Shown here piece by piece: positions 58,886-64,000 of a stretch of 64,000 nt of DNA. Location of the stretch: the NCBI GenBank assembly GCA_002269645.1, contig NIVC01001515.1, positions 1-64,000 of the forward strand. The letters are read 5' to 3'. Each line of letters opens with the position of its first letter. The first letter of the stretch is position 1. The notes beneath the pieces were generated by a model. That model saw only the letters and a program-made list of their open reading frames with translations. It did not search any database and had not been told where the DNA came from. This DNA is from Macrostomum lignano (lineage: Eukaryota). The position numbers and the translations under genes are program-made.

Positions 58886-61612
58886 TCACTTGGACCGTTG
58901 CCACCGGGCTTGGAATCCCCCATTTCCGTAGTTCCCGTGAGCCTCATGTACCTCACCGATTCGTAGTTGATCGAGGTGGGTCTTTAGATTTCGTCCAGTC
59001 TCTGTGGTGACGACTGCTGTGTTGCTGCCAAGCATTTTGGCGAATCTCACAGTTCGTGGCTCATGAGAACTCGATGCACGGTAGATGAGTGATTCTCCTG
59101 GGATCCACTTGGACTGAGTGCTGCTCTCCGAGATGGGGAGTCTTATTTGTCTGCCGTTCAACAACTCGGACGGTGATGCTTGCTGCTTCCCTTTGGCAGC
59201 TCTGTAGAACAGTAGAAATCTGTCAATACTTCTTTGGGATAAACCATTGGTCTTGATTGTCTCTTTGACGGTTCGCACCATTCGCTCTGCAATGCCGTTG
59301 CTCTGTGGATGGTAGGCGGGCGTTGTGATGTGCGAACAGCCAATCTGGGTGAGCCAGCCGGTCACCGCTTCGCTCACAAAACTAGGGCCGTTGTCTGACA
59401 CGAGACACTTGGGCACCCCCTGTTGTGAGAACAATCTTCTAAGTCTGGAAATGACTGTGTCGGCCTTCATGTCGCTCGTGATGAAGACTTCCGGGTAGCT
59501 CGAGTGCGCATCCACAATGATGAGTAGGTACTTGCCCTCTATCGGACCGGCAAAATCAATGTGCACTCGCTCCCAGGGGTTGTCAGGTTCTGGCCACGAG
59601 TGCCGAAAGTTCTTATTTCTGGGCTTGTACGCGTTGCACACGTTGCATCGTCCAATGTAGTCAGCGATGATGTCACGGTCCATCTGTGGCCACCAGAACT
59701 GTTCCCTCAAAATCGACTTTGACTTTTCCACCCCAAGGTGCGTTGAGTGTACAGCTGCCAGGGCAGTTTCTCTCAGGACACGAGGCAATACAATTCTGTT
59801 CATTCTGTAAATAATTCCATCATTGACAGTTAGCTCATCTTGAACCTTTGAGTAGCTGAGTAGGTGTGGGTCGTCAAATAGATTATTGTTAATTATGGCT
59901 GCGCCCAGGCATCTGAACTCCGGGTCCTCTCTGGTTGCGTGTGCAATGCGATCCAGCTGAATTACTCCCGGGTTGTCAGCTTCGAGGAGTCCGATCGATG
60001 CTGTCTGTGCATTCGGCTTAGCGGGCACCAGTCGAGATAGCGCATCCGACAGCATTAGCTTTGATGGTCGACACTGTATGTCAAAGTCATAAGCAGCTAG
60101 AATGATTGCCCATCGTTGTAGTCGAGCTGAAACTCTGGTGGGCAGCTGTTTGTCTGGCGCGAATATGTATGTGAGGGGCCGGTGATCAGTTATCAGTGTG
60201 AACCTCCGGCCATACAAGAACCGATGGCATCTTTGAATGCACCAAACCAGTGCCAGGCCTTCACGCTTTATTTGCGAATATTTTGTTTCGGCGTCAGACA
60301 GAGTCTTGCTCATGTACAGCACGACTTGACCGCTTTGTGTCAACACTCCGCCCAGAGCTCGCTGAGAACTGTCGCATTCCAGTTCAATGGGCTTCTCCGG
60401 ATCAAATATTTGAAGACTCGATTGATCAGAGAGAGTGACCTTGATTTTGTCAAATGCTATTTGACACTCCTTTGTCCACACGAAGTCCTCATTTTTCTTT
60501 CTTAGTCGATTGAGAGGCTTGGTCAGTGCAGCTAGGTTTCTGATGAACTTGCCGCTAAAATTTACGAGACCCAGGAAGGATTCAAGCTCGCCAACGTTCT
60601 GCGGTGGTGTCATGTCCTGGATTGCCTTCACTTTGGCTGGGTCCGGCTTGAGCTGATCTCCTTCCAATAAGTAGCCTAGAAACTTGATCGAAGTCTTGCG
60701 GAATTCACTTTTCGCCGTGTTGATCTTCAATCCTTGCTGGTTTAGTCGATGCAATACTTCCGTCTCGCGAACTGCCAATTGTTCTACGCCTTTGCCGCAT
60801 ATCAATATGTCGTCTACGTAGGCAATGACGCCAGGAATTCATTGTAGGACTTGGCTAATGTACCGCTGGAAGATTGCAGGTGCTGTTTTCACTCCGAATG
60901 GAAGCTTGTTGAAAGCGAACATCCCAAATGGTGTTGACATTACTGTCAGCTCTTTGGAAGCTTCATCTAGTGGGATCCGGTGATAAGCTTTCTCTAGGTC
61001 CAGACGAGTGTATATCCGGCTGCCAGCAGCAGTTGCAATCACTTCGTCAGGTGCAGGCATCGGATATGAATCGTTGATAAGATGAGAATTGATTGTCACC
61101 TTGTAGTCGACGCAAAGTCTGAGCTTTCCAGAAGGTTTCTTGACCACGACAATTGGTGAGGCCCATTCACTGAACTTGACGGGCTTGATGGTGTCTTCTT
61201 CAAGCAACCGATCGATTTCATCCTTGACTCCCTGTCTGAGTGCGAAGGGTAGCGGCCTGGGTTTGCAATGAATTGGAGTGGTTCCTTCCTTGATCTTAAG
61301 AGTTGCTGGTGGAAATTCGCATGACTGGGTTGCCGATGTGCAGTTGTTGTCTACAGCGTTTAGCGTGAAATTGAGCTTGTCTCGGCCAACCAGAACAAAG
61401 TTCCTCTGCGATTCCACAATGAAGAATGTGATTGGAATGAACTCGTCATTGTACTCCAACTCAGTTTCGTGTGTTCCAAAGACCTTCATCTGCGTATCAG
61501 CGTATGTTGTCAGAACAGTGTCTGTAGGTGTCAGCTTTGGACAACCCAATCGTTTCCAGATCGTTTTTGACATTACCGAAACTCCTGCCCCAGTATCGAT
61601 TTGTGCGTTCAC
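58886..61612 (-). pseudogene. pol: protease-RT-RNaseH-integrase with an in-frame TGA at 60839-60841
   Basis: Protease IDTGAG. RT LRLCVDY, DLEKAYHRIPL, PFGVKTAPAIFQR, then LQ*IPGVIAYVDD. RNase H CDSS. Integrase HHCC, HIDFAGP, SDNG, GIAER. Confidence 0.92.
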
Positions 61613-62680
61613 GCTAGCATCGACCCGCTCGTGTGTCTGAGCCTAACAGGCACGGTGTAGCTATCAACGGGATGTCGAATGTGAAAACAATCCTCCTGTT
61701 CAGCTTCGCTTGCATCTACAAAGCTTGTGGTCCTTGGCCACACTGCAGCTCGCCTAAATTGACCAGATGCTGACGGGCTTTTGAACGATTTTCGGCCTTT
61801 GCCAAAACCAGTTGATTTCGTTTTGCAAACTGTTGCGAAGTGGTTTTGCATGCCACATTTGTTGCACGTTTTTCCTTTCTCAGGACACCCTCCATTGGAG
61901 CCATGCATCGTGCCACATCTGCCACACTTGGAGCTTGTAGAGTGGGAGCCTCTGGCCACCGATGCTGAAATTTTCATTACTTCAGAAGACTGCGGCTGAC
62001 TGGTGCAACCCTTTAGTATTTGCGTTTGTGATAGGTTCTGGTGCGCCTCAGCGATGTTGATAGCTGTCTCAAACGTGAGAGTGCTGAAGTCCTGTTCCAA
62101 TAACTTGCTGATGGCCACCTTGTCATTCAAACCGAATACGAGCCGATCTCTCAGTCTCTCATCTCTGGATAGGCCAAACTGACACTTGTCTGCTTGCATG
62201 CAGAGTTGCTGTGCATACTCACGAATGCTCATTGATGCCGTGCCAGTGATATGCTGGAAATTGAATCTCTCAGCCATGACGAACGTCTTTGGTTCCAGGA
62301 TGCTGGCCAGTAGTTTGGTCAGTTCATCGAAGCTCTTTTCTCCCGGCTTCTTGGGAGCGGCTCGATCTGCCAATGCGTCGTATACAGCTTGGTGCTGAGC
62401 TTCATCAGCAGCAGCTTGTTTTTCGTGTCGTCCTGCCAGCCGTTGAGTTCGCTGCACAGTGTGAATCGGTCCAACCACCTCTGGAAGTTCGAACTTTCAT
62501 CGAGTTTTTCGATGTCAACTTGCTGTCCTCTCGATACTTGTGCGCTTGGATTCTGCGCTGTCGCTGTTGCAACTTTGTCGCTTGGACTGATTTCGACGAG
62601 ATCGCAAGCGGTGGTGCTTTGTCGCTCGAAACCGTTTTACCAATTCCTTTAGTTGGCGATGCTGGCGTACTTCCAGGCAT
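61609..62680 (-). pseudogene. gag, frameshifted, with two zinc knuckles
   Basis: LDESSNFQRWLDRF...KLLLMKLS (shifted frame), VYDALADRAAP..., RDERLRDRLVFG, CGRCGTMH....C and CNKCGMQNHFATVC. Confidence 0.85.
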
Positions 62681-63323
62681 TTTCGTAGCCTATGCTTGCC
62701 GACGCCACTGTTGTGCTTTTGGCTTTAGCCTTTGGCAATTGTCAGTCTAGCGGTCTGTTGACCTCTGACGCGTCTATCATTTATTTCATAACTCAATAGC
62801 ATGGTTCAATTCATCAACGCAGTCGCGTAACAAAAATGTCTATGGCAAAGCCATCAACCCACAACAACTACCGTCGAAATGGTCTGCGCTCTTGTGTCAC
62901 TACCGTCAAAATTGTCTGCGCACTTGTGTCACTGCCGCGTTTGCGCGCTTCTGCCTGTGCGCGCTATCTATGTCAAATCGTAAAGAATACACATGCGCGC
63001 TTATCTCAGGCGCGCTTATTCAGCCCTCCCAGCACCGAAACTAGACAACTCGAACAAAATCTACTTCTCACTTTTCTATACGAGCTAATTATTTAAAAGG
63101 GCCAAATTTCTGTTGTACCATATATGAAGCCTCTTTTTACTGATGCTGCAGGTCTGTCTATTTAATTAGAAATACTGATTTTGTTAGATTTTCCCTCCAA
63201 ATATGGCTCCCTAAACGTTCGCCTCTTTGTTCTCCAAATTTCCCATTTCTGTCTGCAAGCCTCATTAAAGAGGCGGAAAGGATTTCATGGCTTGGACTTT
63301 TCTGCACCATTGTTTCACCATTG

Positions 63324-64000
<677 letters not shown>

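Larger units (their letters stand above)
58522..62866 (-). mobile_element. Full-length Ty3/Gypsy LTR retrotransposon (Mag-like), defective
   Basis: LTRs at 58522-58680 and 62709-62866 (TGTTG...CAACA; 2 substitutions and 1 indel). 5-bp TSD ACTAC. PBS TGGCGTCGG next to the 5' LTR. PPT AGAAGAGGGAGGG at 58681-58693. Domain order gag-PR-RT-RH-IN. Confidence 0.95.

Overview
Repeat-rich eukaryotic (animal) DNA with GC-rich exons, GT-AG introns and many minisatellites. The style resembles a flatworm such as Macrostomum, but the sequence alone cannot confirm the species. Three spliced + strand genes can be built by hand. (1) A lysosomal/prostatic-type histidine acid phosphatase (13944-19740). (2) MGAT1/GnT-I (32462-36525). 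(3) An uncharacterised single-pass receptor-like gene (~40066-55940) with Ig-like half-domain exons and a cytoplasmic array of nine acidic EYD tyrosine motifs encoded by a 60-bp coding minisatellite. Mobile DNA includes a full-length APE-RT-RNaseH non-LTR retrotransposon (4172-9500, LOA/R1-group-like). Its first nucleotide, fixed independently by a 12-13 bp TSD, is G1 of a candidate HDV-like self-cleaving ribozyme. Also present are a Ty3/Gypsy (Mag-like) LTR element inserted in a satellite, a four-level nest of DNA transposons (Merlin > hAT > hAT > Mutator-like MITE), RTE relics and tRNA-derived SINEs. The very long ORFs at 41-51 kb are satellite artefacts.
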